Below, piece after piece: positions 49,720 to 59,798 of a DNA stretch of 64,000 nt. Source of the stretch: a virus; the IMG/VR virus record IMGVR_UViG_3300005821_000002, positions 1 through 64,000 of that record; one strand, written 5' to 3'. The position numbers and the translations under genes are program-made. Below the pieces are notes generated by a model, which worked only from the letters and a program-made list of their open reading frames with translations, was not told the DNA's origin and did not search any database. The stretch's first letter is position 1. Every line of letters starts with the position of its first letter.

Positions 49720-50157
49720 TTAGCCATTACTATTCAACCTCTCATGTAACACACGTAACTCATTATGCATCTCAGCCATCTCTGTCATGAGTTCGTCCCA
49801 CGCCTCAAAGTCAAGACATATGATGTGCTTTACACCAGTTCTTGATTTTTCAAACTTCAATACCACGGCTGGAAGTGCTCCATAGTTTTTCTCAGCTATC
49901 TCACGAATACCATCAAACCATGCTTTTTCTATTTTCATTTGCTTTCCGCCGTACCCAACTTTACACTCACCCACAATACCCTTATCCATGTGTTCATACT
50001 TACCAGAGATATCAGGCATGAGTACTGGCATATTTAATATTGTTCCAAGAGCACCAGACATAGCTATTCTACGCCACACATCTGGAAACTGCTCATTCAA
50101 TAACTTTACAGAATCTCTCTCCCACCGTGTACCTTTTATTTTCTGTGGGTTAGGCAT
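49720..50157 (-). CDS. Holliday junction resolvase (Hjc-like PD-(D/E)XK)
   Basis: K.KG..WER, SGA, PD, ECK. Confidence 0.75.
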   Translation of the reverse strand: MPNPQKIKGTRWERDSVKLLNEQFPDVWRRIAMSGALGTILNMPVLMPDISGKYEHMDKGIVGECKVGYGGKQMKIEKAWFDGIREIAEKNYGALPAVVLKFEKSRTGVKHIICLDFEAWDELMTEMAEMHNELRVLHERLNSNG

Positions 50158-51476
50158 TATACAAAACTCTCCTCATCCCAACTATCTAATTTATTATCTG
50201 TGATATTTACTGTTGGTCCATCAAATCTCAGTAACGCTATACCAGTTGGTCCATTCCTAGATTTTCTAATCAAAAATTCAAGTGTCCCTGCAGCTGGTGA
50301 GTTAGGAAAATACATCTCATCCCTATACAACCCAATCATAATGTCAGCATCCTCTTCCATATTACCACTCTGGCGTAGGTCTGACATCCTGGGTCGCATA
50401 TCCTCTCTCTTTTCAACTTCACGATTTAACTGTGACAAAATTATAATTGTTATACCCAACTCATTAGCTAATAGCTTGAACGCACGTGATGCAGCACCGA
50501 GTAAATGAACTGATTCAGTTGTTCTATCTACTATCAATTGAATGTAATCAATTCCAACTACTTTTATATCGTATAGCTGATGGTATTTACGTATCATAGC
50601 TACTATATAATCTACACCTTGTGTAAAATTATTATCTATATAAATTGGTAATTTCTCTACAACTTTCTCAGCCCTTTGTAATGGACCAATTTGTTCCTCA
50701 CTTAAAGTACCCAAACGTATATCTTGTAATGGTACTTGACTAACTATAGATAAAATTCTCTCGTTAATATCATCAGCACTCATTTCTCTATTAAAGAGTA
50801 AGATACCGTTACCCTTCTTGGCGACATTTAATGCTGTCTTTAATAATAACGCTGATTTACCATGTCCGGGCCGAGAACCAATGTACCACACTTCACCAGG
50901 ATTAAATCCGGTTGTAAAATTATCAACTTCTCCCATTCCAGTAGAAATACCCCGTATTCCTGGGTTCTTTCTTCTTTCTAAAATCTTTAGAATAGTATCA
51001 GCAACAGTCTCACTTAATTTAGATACATCTGCTGAAGTTATACCACTCACCATGTTTTCTAACGCAGTATGAAGCTTCGAAATTGTTTCATTTACAGTAC
51101 TACTATTTTCAAGTATGTCAGGTATGCTTGCATTTATTTCTAATAATCTACGTGTCTTGTAATCATTCTGTACTTGATTTACAAACATCGCCATATTTTT
51201 TACTGGTTGTCTTAAATCCATCAAGACGGTAAGATATGACTCACCGCCTGCTTTTTGTAATTGATTCCTATCTCTAAGCATCTGTCCAACAATAGCAGGA
51301 TTTGGTTCTAATCCCTGTAATGAACATTCATGGATAACAGAATAGATAATCCTTTCTGCATCCATGTCAAACATTTCAGGTTTTAAATCTTTTGCATAAT
51401 TATAAACTTCATAACCATTAGCTAAAAAAGTACCCAATACTGCTGAACGTGGACTAAAGGTGTTGATATTCTCCAA
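50157..51476 (-). CDS. dnaB: Replicative DNA helicase
   Basis: GSRPGHGKS, IDYIQL, LSQLNR, DLRQSG..E.DAD, K.RNGPTG. Confidence 0.95.
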   Translation of the reverse strand: MENINTFSPRSAVLGTFLANGYEVYNYAKDLKPEMFDMDAERIIYSVIHECSLQGLEPNPAIVGQMLRDRNQLQKAGGESYLTVLMDLRQPVKNMAMFVNQVQNDYKTRRLLEINASIPDILENSSTVNETISKLHTALENMVSGITSADVSKLSETVADTILKILERRKNPGIRGISTGMGEVDNFTTGFNPGEVWYIGSRPGHGKSALLLKTALNVAKKGNGILLFNREMSADDINERILSIVSQVPLQDIRLGTLSEEQIGPLQRAEKVVEKLPIYIDNNFTQGVDYIVAMIRKYHQLYDIKVVGIDYIQLIVDRTTESVHLLGAASRAFKLLANELGITIIILSQLNREVEKREDMRPRMSDLRQSGNMEEDADIMIGLYRDEMYFPNSPAAGTLEFLIRKSRNGPTGIALLRFDGPTVNITDNKLDSWDEESFV

Positions 51477-51507
51477 TGTGTATTCTCCCTGGTATGGATT
51501 CTTTAAA

Positions 51508-51590
51508 GGTGGATGGGGAGGGATCGAACCTCGGCTTCTTCTATGCTAGCAACGTACTATAGCATCTAATAGTCACCAGACTAACCATCC
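51508..51590 (-). ncRNA. Isolated tRNA-like RNA without canonical anticodon loop
   Basis: GGATGG/CCATCC acceptor + ACC-T, D-like TAGTC-TGGT-GACTA, T-arm GAGG-TTCGATC-CCTC. Confidence 0.6.
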
Positions 51591-51595
51591 AAGTG

Positions 51596-51618
51596 AAAGA
51601 GGGGGCTTACGCCCCCTC
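51596..51618 (-). terminator. Terminator after the SSB gene
   Basis: GAGGGGGC-GTAA-GCCCCCTC-TTT. Confidence 0.7.
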
Positions 51619-51621
51619 AAT

Positions 51622-52425
51622 CTAGTTAGGGAAGAGTGTTTCAATGCTGGCTTTTACTTCATCACCAACGACTGCTTCTTCTTCCACAAGAATATCTGAT
51701 TCTTCTTCATCTCTACGTTGTTCAAAAATGTCACGTAAAGAAACACCATTTACCAATTTAGTAATCTCTTCAGGAGACAGACGAATACCAATTGTTTCAA
51801 GTGCATACTTGTCTTCTTCAGGTACAACTACTTCATCATCGTTATTAGGATACGGAATGACATTTGTAGTCATTTTACGTCCGTGTCCTGTTGCCATAAC
51901 AACGATATCATAAGCTGTCAATGGGCGAGGATTACCCGCCTCATCAGTAACCTGAGACATGATTGCGTTTAACTGAGAGAACAGCGTAGGCCCTCTCTCC
52001 ATAATCTCAACTCTATCAAGAGCTTCTGGTTGAACATCTACAAGAAGTTCTCCAGTATTAGGATCATGTGAAGGAAACTGACCACCCTTAGATTGAATTA
52101 CATTTCCACTAGGTGACCGTTTTACAAGTGTACGATTTAGTACGTTTACAAGGTAACGATTTTGTCTAAAAATCAGTCCTTTGATTTGTCGTGGACTTAC
52201 ATCAGGATTTGCTTTTATTAGTTTTTGATTATTAATACAAATTGGGCAAACATCATCACCCAAACAAAGAATACTTACCTTCTGATTAGGAAGAAAGTGC
52301 TTCTCTGTATGCAAAGCTTTCTTGTCCAAAATCCGCAAGCGTAAAGGAACGCCTGCTTCTATCTTTACGAACTGATTTGGTTTGAACTCTCGTCCACCCT
52401 CTTCGGGAATATCTGCGAATGACAT
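51622..52425 (-). CDS. gp32-like single-stranded DNA-binding protein
   Basis: LRIL, HF..C..CPIC, Y.VNV, YDI...G.G, acidic tail. Confidence 0.75.
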   Translation of the reverse strand: MSFADIPEEGGREFKPNQFVKIEAGVPLRLRILDKKALHTEKHFLPNQKVSILCLGDDVCPICINNQKLIKANPDVSPRQIKGLIFRQNRYLVNVLNRTLVKRSPSGNVIQSKGGQFPSHDPNTGELLVDVQPEALDRVEIMERGPTLFSQLNAIMSQVTDEAGNPRPLTAYDIVVMATGHGRKMTTNVIPYPNNDDEVVVPEEDKYALETIGIRLSPEEITKLVNGVSLRDIFEQRRDEEESDILVEEEAVVGDEVKASIETLFPN

Positions 52426-52989
52426 TTTATGCCTCCGTCTTACCGTTTAATAACGTTTTAATGGATTTGATCGTGTCTTGTCTAATTTTCTCTAGTTCTT
52501 CTACTCCCCGATCCTCCGCATTCAGCGGAATATCTTCCATGATTTTCAAGTACCTGCGAAATGAAACTTCTACGCTAAGTAATTGAAGGTATTTGATTTG
52601 CCCCACCAAGTCAACATCAAACATGAGTTCCTCTGGAACCTCAACAATGATGTCATCGAATGTGATATTTTTATAATCACCTAGTGAGTATAATCTCTTT
52701 ACTCCTATTTCTCTATTCATCTTCTTCTCCTTTCCTAACCTTTAGGGCAAGTGCATACAAATATACATCAAAGAATGCGTGTTGCCACAAATCTTTAGTT
52801 CCTTTATCCAGTATCAACGTTGCAAACATGCTTTCATATTTCTCTATAATAGGCTGTTCTATAATAGTCTCAACATTCATACTCTTTACAATCTCGTCTA
52901 GGTCCACTCCTATTACCATATTACCATCTTCATCTACATTAAACCGTGCCACCGCTGAATCTTCCTTCTCGGTTTCCGTTACTGTTACA

Positions 52990-54045
52990 TTACTTACCTT
53001 TATCTTCTTCTTTTTTCTTTTTGTCATTTTTTGGTTTTACCTCCTCTTGTGTAATTTTCGCACCAGTTATATTATAACACATTTCTACGATTTTGTCAAG
53101 TAGTTTCTGGTCCTTAGCTAGAGCACGTGATGTATTAGTAACTCCTGGTTTACTACCAATTGTCTCATCTTCAAAAGCAAAATAGGAACCACGATTTTTG
53201 ATAACTCCCAACAGTGATGCAAAACTAATTACATCACGGTAGTAATCAACACCCTTACCATAGATAATGTTAGTTGTAGCCTGTCTAAACGGAATACCTA
53301 CCTTGTTCTTTTTGATCACGAAGTTTACAAAATTACCGATTACCTTATCGTGCTCCTCAATATCCTTACTCTTGGACATGTAGATACGCACAGATGTATA
53401 GTGCTTCAACGCATAGCCAGCAGGTGTAGTGTACCCACCAAAATAACTACCAATGTTAGCACGTACCTGATTGGTATAGATAAAAGCTATCTCCTTCTTA
53501 CGTATCTCATATGCCACCTTACGTAGAAACTTTGATGTGATGCGGGGTGCAAGACCAACCTGCATCTTGTCCATACCCTTGTCAAGCTCTTCTTGTGGTG
53601 ATAGTGCGGCTACCGAGTCAAATAGAATACAAGTAAAACCTCCTTCAATGCCTGCCATAGCAATTTCAAATGAAGACTCAGCACTCTGTGGTTGTACGAA
53701 AATAGGGTTGTCTTCCTTTAATAACTTACCTAGAATCTCTTCTGCATAAGCATAGTCAAGACCGTTCTCTGTATCAATATAAAGTACCTTCTCACCTGTC
53801 AACAGTGCTTGTTTGGCTATATTTAATAGGAGAGTAGTCTTACCACCACCTTCAGGTCCATAAATTTCAGTGAAACGTCCTTTGGGTACTCCACCTATTC
53901 CTGTCGAAACATCTATAGATAAAGAGCCAGTAGAAATAGCTGGTATACCGCCTTCATATTTTCTCAATACAATATCATCACCAAACTCATCCAATACCTT
54001 ATCCAAAAAACTTTCTACTCGTTTTGCCATTATTTCCTCCAGCAA
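52990..54045 (-). CDS. recA: RecA recombinase
   Basis: ISTGS..ID, GPEGGGKTT, DSVAAL, NQVR, ALK.Y.SVR, KNKV..PF. Confidence 0.95.
   Translation of the reverse strand: MLEEIMAKRVESFLDKVLDEFGDDIVLRKYEGGIPAISTGSLSIDVSTGIGGVPKGRFTEIYGPEGGGKTTLLLNIAKQALLTGEKVLYIDTENGLDYAYAEEILGKLLKEDNPIFVQPQSAESSFEIAMAGIEGGFTCILFDSVAALSPQEELDKGMDKMQVGLAPRITSKFLRKVAYEIRKKEIAFIYTNQVRANIGSYFGGYTTPAGYALKHYTSVRIYMSKSKDIEEHDKVIGNFVNFVIKKNKVGIPFRQATTNIIYGKGVDYYRDVISFASLLGVIKNRGSYFAFEDETIGSKPGVTNTSRALAKDQKLLDKIVEMCYNITGAKITQEEVKPKNDKKKKEEDKGK
53071..53099 (-). promoter_or_regulatory. sigma70-type promoter inside the recA 3' end
   Basis: TTGACA-17-TATAAT. Confidence 0.75.
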
Positions 54046-55919
54046 GTGTCAACTTTAACGCTGTATTCTACAGGTACATCATTCAAAAACGGTTTTGATG
54101 CATCCGTCATACTTTGTCCAATAAACTCCACTGCTCTTTCCTCCAAATCTTCTCTAAACTCACCGTCACCTTCGTCATGTACTGTCAACAACACTCTAAA
54201 CAAATCTGGAAATTCTGGGTCTATATCGAATGGATTATTCCAGAACATATTACATAGATTCAATTTAATCATATCAGCAGAACCACCTTGAATAGCATGG
54301 TTTACACCCTGTCTTTTGGTTTTGTTTATTAACTTCATATGACCACGATGTAGTCTGTCTGGTAATGTGAAGTAACGCTTTCTACCGTATTGCGTAGTGC
54401 TATATCTACGTCCTATTACTTGGTGTCCTACCGCATCTATGAATTCTTTCAACGTAGTATACTGGTTGAAGTATCTCTCAAGATATTTCTTACCTACATC
54501 GAGGGGCCAGCCAAAATTATATCGCAAGCCCCACTCTGTCGTACCATATACCACCGCAAAGTTCACATTCTTGGCACGATCTCGTTCCTTACCTGTAACC
54601 TTATTCATCGGTTTATCAAAAATAATTGAGGCAGTCAACTTGTGGAGGTCTTCTCCATTCTGAAATGCCTCTATCATCAAAGGCTCTCGACTAATCTCAG
54701 CAAGAATTCTCAACTCAATCTGGGAGTAGTCAGCCGTGAAAAATTTGTAACCATCCCTAGCAAGAAAACAACTGCGGTAGTCTATACCAGATTTGATATT
54801 CTGTAGATTGGGACCACTGCTACTGAAACGACCTGTTGCAGCACCCTGCTGATCGAAGTTACCATGAATTCTACCAGTGATAGGATTAATCTTAGTTAGA
54901 AACTCCTCACCAAACGCATGTCCTGCTTTGTAGTACTCACGATACTTAAAGAGCAAGTCAATGAAATCATGTCCAGCATACTTCTGTAATTCTTTTGCAG
55001 ATGAACTTTTGGTAGGTACTCCCAAGCCTTGAAGAACATTCAACATCTGTATTGGACTGTTCAAATTGATCTGAGGCACCAACACCGATATGATTTCATC
55101 TTTCACTTTTAATAATGATAAAGCTTCTCTTTTGTACTTACGATCAAACGACTCCGTTATCCTCATATTCTCTGCTGCTTCTAAACCATTGGTGTATTGT
55201 CCAGCAAAGTAATCAAACCTTTCCGCCAAATAACTTTCTATCTTATTATAGTATTCTTCCGACTTCTCTGCACTGTTACCAGCTAGCTCACGCCATCTCT
55301 CTGAGTTGAGGAGCATACCTTGATACTCCATCAGAGTTACCATAGGCTCAAGCCTCATTTCCAAATCCCACATCTCTTGACTTTGGTTCTTAGCTAACTT
55401 CTCACTAAGTATCTTTCTTAAAGGAAGAAGATACTTCACATCGTTAGCAGAATATACCAACTGCTCTTCAGTGAACTCAAAGTTTTCCTTTCCCACGAAT
55501 TCCATACGGATATTCTTTGGTAGCCTGACATTGAAATATTTATCTATCAGACCAGCATAGCTTGGAAACTTCTTACTGACACCAGATAACTGAAACGCTT
55601 CAGCTAGCATAGTATCAAACACATTCGAAAGCAAAATAGAAAAGTTATGATATACCATCTTAAGGTCATACTTAAGATTGTGACCGACAACCTCTGTATC
55701 ACTATCCTTTATCAGTCTAAATAAATAACGGAGAGTCTCATTCTTAACTCTCCCTACATTTATGATATATATTTCTTTCTCAGTTGATAGCTGTACTAAT
55801 AACAACCTTGCTGTATAAGGGTCCAGACCTGTAGCCTCTACGTCTAGTCCCATGACTCGACTCTCTTGAACCAGTGGTACTAGTTCTAACAAATCATGAT
55901 CGTTATTAATTAAATTCAT
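54030..55919 (-). CDS. polA: Family A DNA polymerase with 3'-5' exonuclease
   Basis: DVEATGL, HNLKYD, TGRFSS..PNLQNI, ADYSQIELR, R..AK..NF...YG, VHDE. Confidence 0.95.
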   Translation of the reverse strand: MNLINNDHDLLELVPLVQESRVMGLDVEATGLDPYTARLLLVQLSTEKEIYIINVGRVKNETLRYLFRLIKDSDTEVVGHNLKYDLKMVYHNFSILLSNVFDTMLAEAFQLSGVSKKFPSYAGLIDKYFNVRLPKNIRMEFVGKENFEFTEEQLVYSANDVKYLLPLRKILSEKLAKNQSQEMWDLEMRLEPMVTLMEYQGMLLNSERWRELAGNSAEKSEEYYNKIESYLAERFDYFAGQYTNGLEAAENMRITESFDRKYKREALSLLKVKDEIISVLVPQINLNSPIQMLNVLQGLGVPTKSSSAKELQKYAGHDFIDLLFKYREYYKAGHAFGEEFLTKINPITGRIHGNFDQQGAATGRFSSSGPNLQNIKSGIDYRSCFLARDGYKFFTADYSQIELRILAEISREPLMIEAFQNGEDLHKLTASIIFDKPMNKVTGKERDRAKNVNFAVVYGTTEWGLRYNFGWPLDVGKKYLERYFNQYTTLKEFIDAVGHQVIGRRYSTTQYGRKRYFTLPDRLHRGHMKLINKTKRQGVNHAIQGGSADMIKLNLCNMFWNNPFDIDPEFPDLFRVLLTVHDEGDGEFREDLEERAVEFIGQSMTDASKPFLNDVPVEYSVKVDTCWRK

Positions 55920-55980
55920 TAAGTGTGTTTACCTCGTTAATTAAGCTTATTAAGTATATTTACCCTCTGCTCGCTCATAT

Positions 55981-56069
55981 ATTATACCACACTTTTAACC
56001 ATTTGTCAAGTACCAATTTTAAGATTGATGTGGTCCAGACTTGACAAAAGTACCGAAATGTGGTATAAT
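55981..56069. promoter_or_regulatory. Back-to-back divergent sigma70 promoters
   Basis: Minus TTGACA-17-TATAAT at 56009-55981; plus TTGACA-17-TATAAT at 56041-56069. Confidence 0.88.
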
Positions 56070-56751
56070 AGATACACGGAGGATAAGATGACATCAGATG
56101 ATAAATTGAACCTGTTCAGAAAATATTTACAACGTCGGCTATCTCACGTTAAGATGTTACTCACTGTAGCTGAGTCCGCTAATCAAGACTCGAAAGTTAT
56201 AGAAATATTTCGTCTTCAACGTGATAACTTAACTGACATTATACACGATTTTGATATGCTTGTCAAGTCCGATGGCTAGATTGCCATCATTTTATTTCCC
56301 TATAACCTAAACTTAAGAGAGTAGTATGCCTAAGAAAAACAAGTGCTTTTATTGCGATAAATATTTCACTGACCCTGAGAAAGCACGGGAATGTGAGCTT
56401 ACACACGATGTCCTTTTCGTTCCGATTCTTAGAACGGATTTGAATCGACTAATAAATTTCATAGCAACTGGTGACAGAAAACTTTTGACGGAACGCCTGT
56501 CAAAGGTTTTGTTTCGTTATGTGAGAGCTTACATAGACGATGACTAAGAAGAAAAAGAAAATAATTTGTGTATTATGTGGAAAGGTTGTAAGGAAGGATC
56601 AGAAGAAATTTATGCTGGCTGTGGAGAAACCTGTGAGGTTCGACCTAACAGTACATCGTAGATGTTTTCAGAAAAACGACGAAAATAGCAGAAAAATAGC
56701 CATAAAACAGCATCTTACATAGGTTTTATGGTATAATTATGGAGAGATTAG

Positions 56752-56940
56752 ATGGAAAAAGCTGAATTTAATATTGTAGAAGAAGGTGGAATTAGTGCTG
56801 TCGTAGAACTGGAAAACGATGTTGTGAAAATGATTTTATCAAACCCAAAATTACAATGCCCCAATTGTGGGGATATTGTCAGTATGAATGGGAGATGTAA
56901 AACCTGCCCCAGTTGTGGGTGGTCAACTTGTGATGTGTAG
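56752..56940 (+). CDS. Small protein resembling the NrdJ C-terminal zinc ribbon
   Basis: CPNCG-x6-RCKTCPSCGWSTC. Confidence 0.6.
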   Translation: MEKAEFNIVEEGGISAVVELENDVVKMILSNPKLQCPNCGDIVSMNGRCKTCPSCGWSTCDV

Positions 56941-56948
56941 GAGAGGTA

Positions 56949-57611
56949 ATGGGTGAAAAGCGGTTGGTGTTGCCAAATAAGAAAAAGATTCGAAATCTAG
57001 TTCAGTACCGTGATATGACTGACGAAGAGTTCGAAGATGCATGGGATGATATTGTCCTCGAAATTGAAGTATCTCCAGAGATGCTTGAAAAAAGGGTCAA
57101 AGAAAAATTAGACGAACTTGCCGTTGATTACGACATGGAAGACATGAAGATCAATGACATGGGACAGTTACGCTCCCTTGCCTTGGCACAACTTCAGCTG
57201 GATGACTTGGAGCAGACTGCATACGTAATAAGACAGAAGACAGACACTACATCTGTGCAGATACTTGAAAAGATCAATCGTATCCTTAGTGGATTACGGG
57301 ATGATATATCCAAGATTTCATCTGACCTCCAACTCACAAGAAAAATTCGTAAACAAAGTAAAGAAAGTAGTATCATTGATGCTATTAATGATTTGAGGGG
57401 TAAGGCGAGAAAATTTTATCGTGAAAGAATGCTGTATGTATTTTGTCCCGAATGTAAAATGTTACTCGCAACACTCTGGTTGAATTACTCCAGTGAGGAG
57501 TACAATCAGTTACAACTTAAGTGTAAAAGATGTAATAACAAATTTACTCAAGACCTTACCCCTCTTTATAAAACAGATAATAAGAACTTAGAGGATGTGG
57601 TGTTACCATGA
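56949..57611 (+). CDS. Helical protein with C-terminal zinc ribbon (possibly terminase small subunit)
   Basis: Coiled-coil core, CPEC...CKRC; start of the late block. Confidence 0.4.
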   Translation: MGEKRLVLPNKKKIRNLVQYRDMTDEEFEDAWDDIVLEIEVSPEMLEKRVKEKLDELAVDYDMEDMKINDMGQLRSLALAQLQLDDLEQTAYVIRQKTDTTSVQILEKINRILSGLRDDISKISSDLQLTRKIRKQSKESSIIDAINDLRGKARKFYRERMLYVFCPECKMLLATLWLNYSSEEYNQLQLKCKRCNNKFTQDLTPLYKTDNKNLEDVVLP

Positions 57612-58205
57612 TAGTAACCGACATAAATGGAAAGGAACGAAATGTAGAATCTATAAAAAAGATTTCACATGCTGCAACCGATAGTATTACGGGTGAAGCC
57701 GTTGAAGAGACTTTTGTTGAAGTTAAGATACTTGGTAATACTCGTAATTGGGTTGAGTGGTGGCCCTTTGCTGACTTCAAAAGATTAAATCCTGAGCGTA
57801 GACCTAGATGGAAGGAATAAATCCAAAACCTATTCCACATCCAATAGTTATTAAAAGTGCAAAGATTAAAGAAACGCATGAATATGCACAGCTAGAGAGA
57901 CTAAAGAAACTATGGACTCTATTCTTTTGTTCAGAGTGCAAATATAAGTGGAATTGTTGTGATACCTGTAAAGAAAGTGACGGATACCTTAGATATAAAA
58001 TTGAAGGGGAACATTATCCTGAATATTTTTTAGAAGATGGCAAGGGGTGTAAATTACCCCTTGAACTTAAATCTGTAACTTGCATCACTTATATATGTAA
58101 AGAAAAAAGAGCAACAATGGATAAGACTTACTTAGATGGACTGGATGCATTAATAGAAGTGATGAGAAAGCTAGAGTTTGATTTGTATTTGATGGAGATT
58201 AAGTA

Positions 58206-59783
58206 ATGGCGATCAATGTAGACGGCACCACCAACATGACCGACGTTTCCATGTGTGACTCTACTACAGGTTGGGCTGGTGGTATGTCACAGTTTGCTCT
58301 TGATACTGGAGTTTATGTTCAAGGCACTGGTTCACTTTCTGGCTGGATAAACGCAACCACTAGTGCGACCGAATATTATGCTATTACTTCTGTAGATATG
58401 TCTGGTGGCGACCATATTTATGTATGGATGTTTTGCTCTGGCGTAGTAGACACACAAGCTCTTGGTGGATATAGAGTTGTTTTGTACAGTGGTGCAGATT
58501 ATATTAACAATTTTGCGACTTTCTACGTTGGTGGAAACGATACTCATGGTACTGGTTGGCAATTGATGTGTGTTGATGCAAGTGCTTCTCCAGACTTGGA
58601 AACAGGAACATTTGACAATACTGATGTTATAGCTGTCGGAGTAGCTTTCAAAACACTAACTGCCGCTATCAGTAAGGGTAAAGAGTACATCAACAACTGT
58701 TATTGGGATGCAGTTCGTTATGGAACTGGATTGATAATTACTTCTGGTGCAACGGATGATATTGACTACGAACAAATTTATGCGGTGGATAATAACAATA
58801 CCTATAAGTATGGAGTTATCCAAAAAGCCTACAGTGCTTATGTGCAAACAGGAGAGCTTACGCTTGGTGGAACTGGCACAGAAACAATAGACTTTATAAT
58901 GGAAAACGATGTTATTCTTTTCCCTTCAAATGAATATGTTGATGCTGATTTCTATTCTATTTTGCCTTTGGGAAATACTACTAATCCAACGTATATTGAC
59001 CTCTCTGGCTCATACCTAAAGTCAGCTGGTGCAGAAAAGTTTGTATTTGATATGTCAGGTGCAAATATTAACACTTTTGTCATGGATGGATGTACTCTAG
59101 ATAACGCAGGAGTTTGTACGTTTACTACTGGACAGACAATAACAAATAATGTTTTTGCTACTTGTGGATTAGTTACTCCAGCAGCTGCTACATTTACTGG
59201 AAACAAGATAGTAAATTCAAATGTTTCATCGGCTATGCTTTATCCAACAACGGATAACACTGCCGAATTAGAATTTATTTCTGATGGGACAGGACATGCT
59301 ATTCTTATTAGTAGCACAGGAACATATACCTTTGATGAGCATACCTTCGATGGGTATGCTTCTACAGACGGTTCAACAGGAAATGAGTGTGTCTATAATA
59401 ACTCAGGTGGTTCGGTAACTATAAATATTATTAATGGTGGAGATACTCCAACCATTATGAATGGTACGAGTGCTTCAACTACAGTAAATAATGCTGTTGA
59501 CATTACCATTCACGTTATAGATGAGGATGGAAATAATATCGAGGATGCTCAAGTAGCGGTTTATCAAACATCAGGTGATACTGAATTGATGAATGAAGAT
59601 ACATTATCAACAGGAATAGCTACGGAGACATTCAACTTTGTAAGTGATACAGCAATTTACTGGAGAGTTAGAAAGTCTAGTACAGGTTCGACAAGGTATT
59701 TTCCAAGGAATGGTACCGGAACAATAACATCTGCCGGATTTTCAGCTACAATTACTTTGGCAGAAGATACAATAATTCAATAA
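58206..59783 (+). CDS. Putative virion structural protein
   Basis: T/G/D/N-rich beta protein with Ig-like C-terminus. Confidence 0.6.
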   Translation: MAINVDGTTNMTDVSMCDSTTGWAGGMSQFALDTGVYVQGTGSLSGWINATTSATEYYAITSVDMSGGDHIYVWMFCSGVVDTQALGGYRVVLYSGADYINNFATFYVGGNDTHGTGWQLMCVDASASPDLETGTFDNTDVIAVGVAFKTLTAAISKGKEYINNCYWDAVRYGTGLIITSGATDDIDYEQIYAVDNNNTYKYGVIQKAYSAYVQTGELTLGGTGTETIDFIMENDVILFPSNEYVDADFYSILPLGNTTNPTYIDLSGSYLKSAGAEKFVFDMSGANINTFVMDGCTLDNAGVCTFTTGQTITNNVFATCGLVTPAAATFTGNKIVNSNVSSAMLYPTTDNTAELEFISDGTGHAILISSTGTYTFDEHTFDGYASTDGSTGNECVYNNSGGSVTINIINGGDTPTIMNGTSASTTVNNAVDITIHVIDEDGNNIEDAQVAVYQTSGDTELMNEDTLSTGIATETFNFVSDTAIYWRVRKSSTGSTRYFPRNGTGTITSAGFSATITLAEDTIIQ

Positions 59784-59798
59784 TTTTGGAGATAAATT

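Noticed and set aside
29506-55919. Inteins or introns in nrdJ, dnaB, recA and polA
   Set aside because: Lengths are compact and motifs are contiguous
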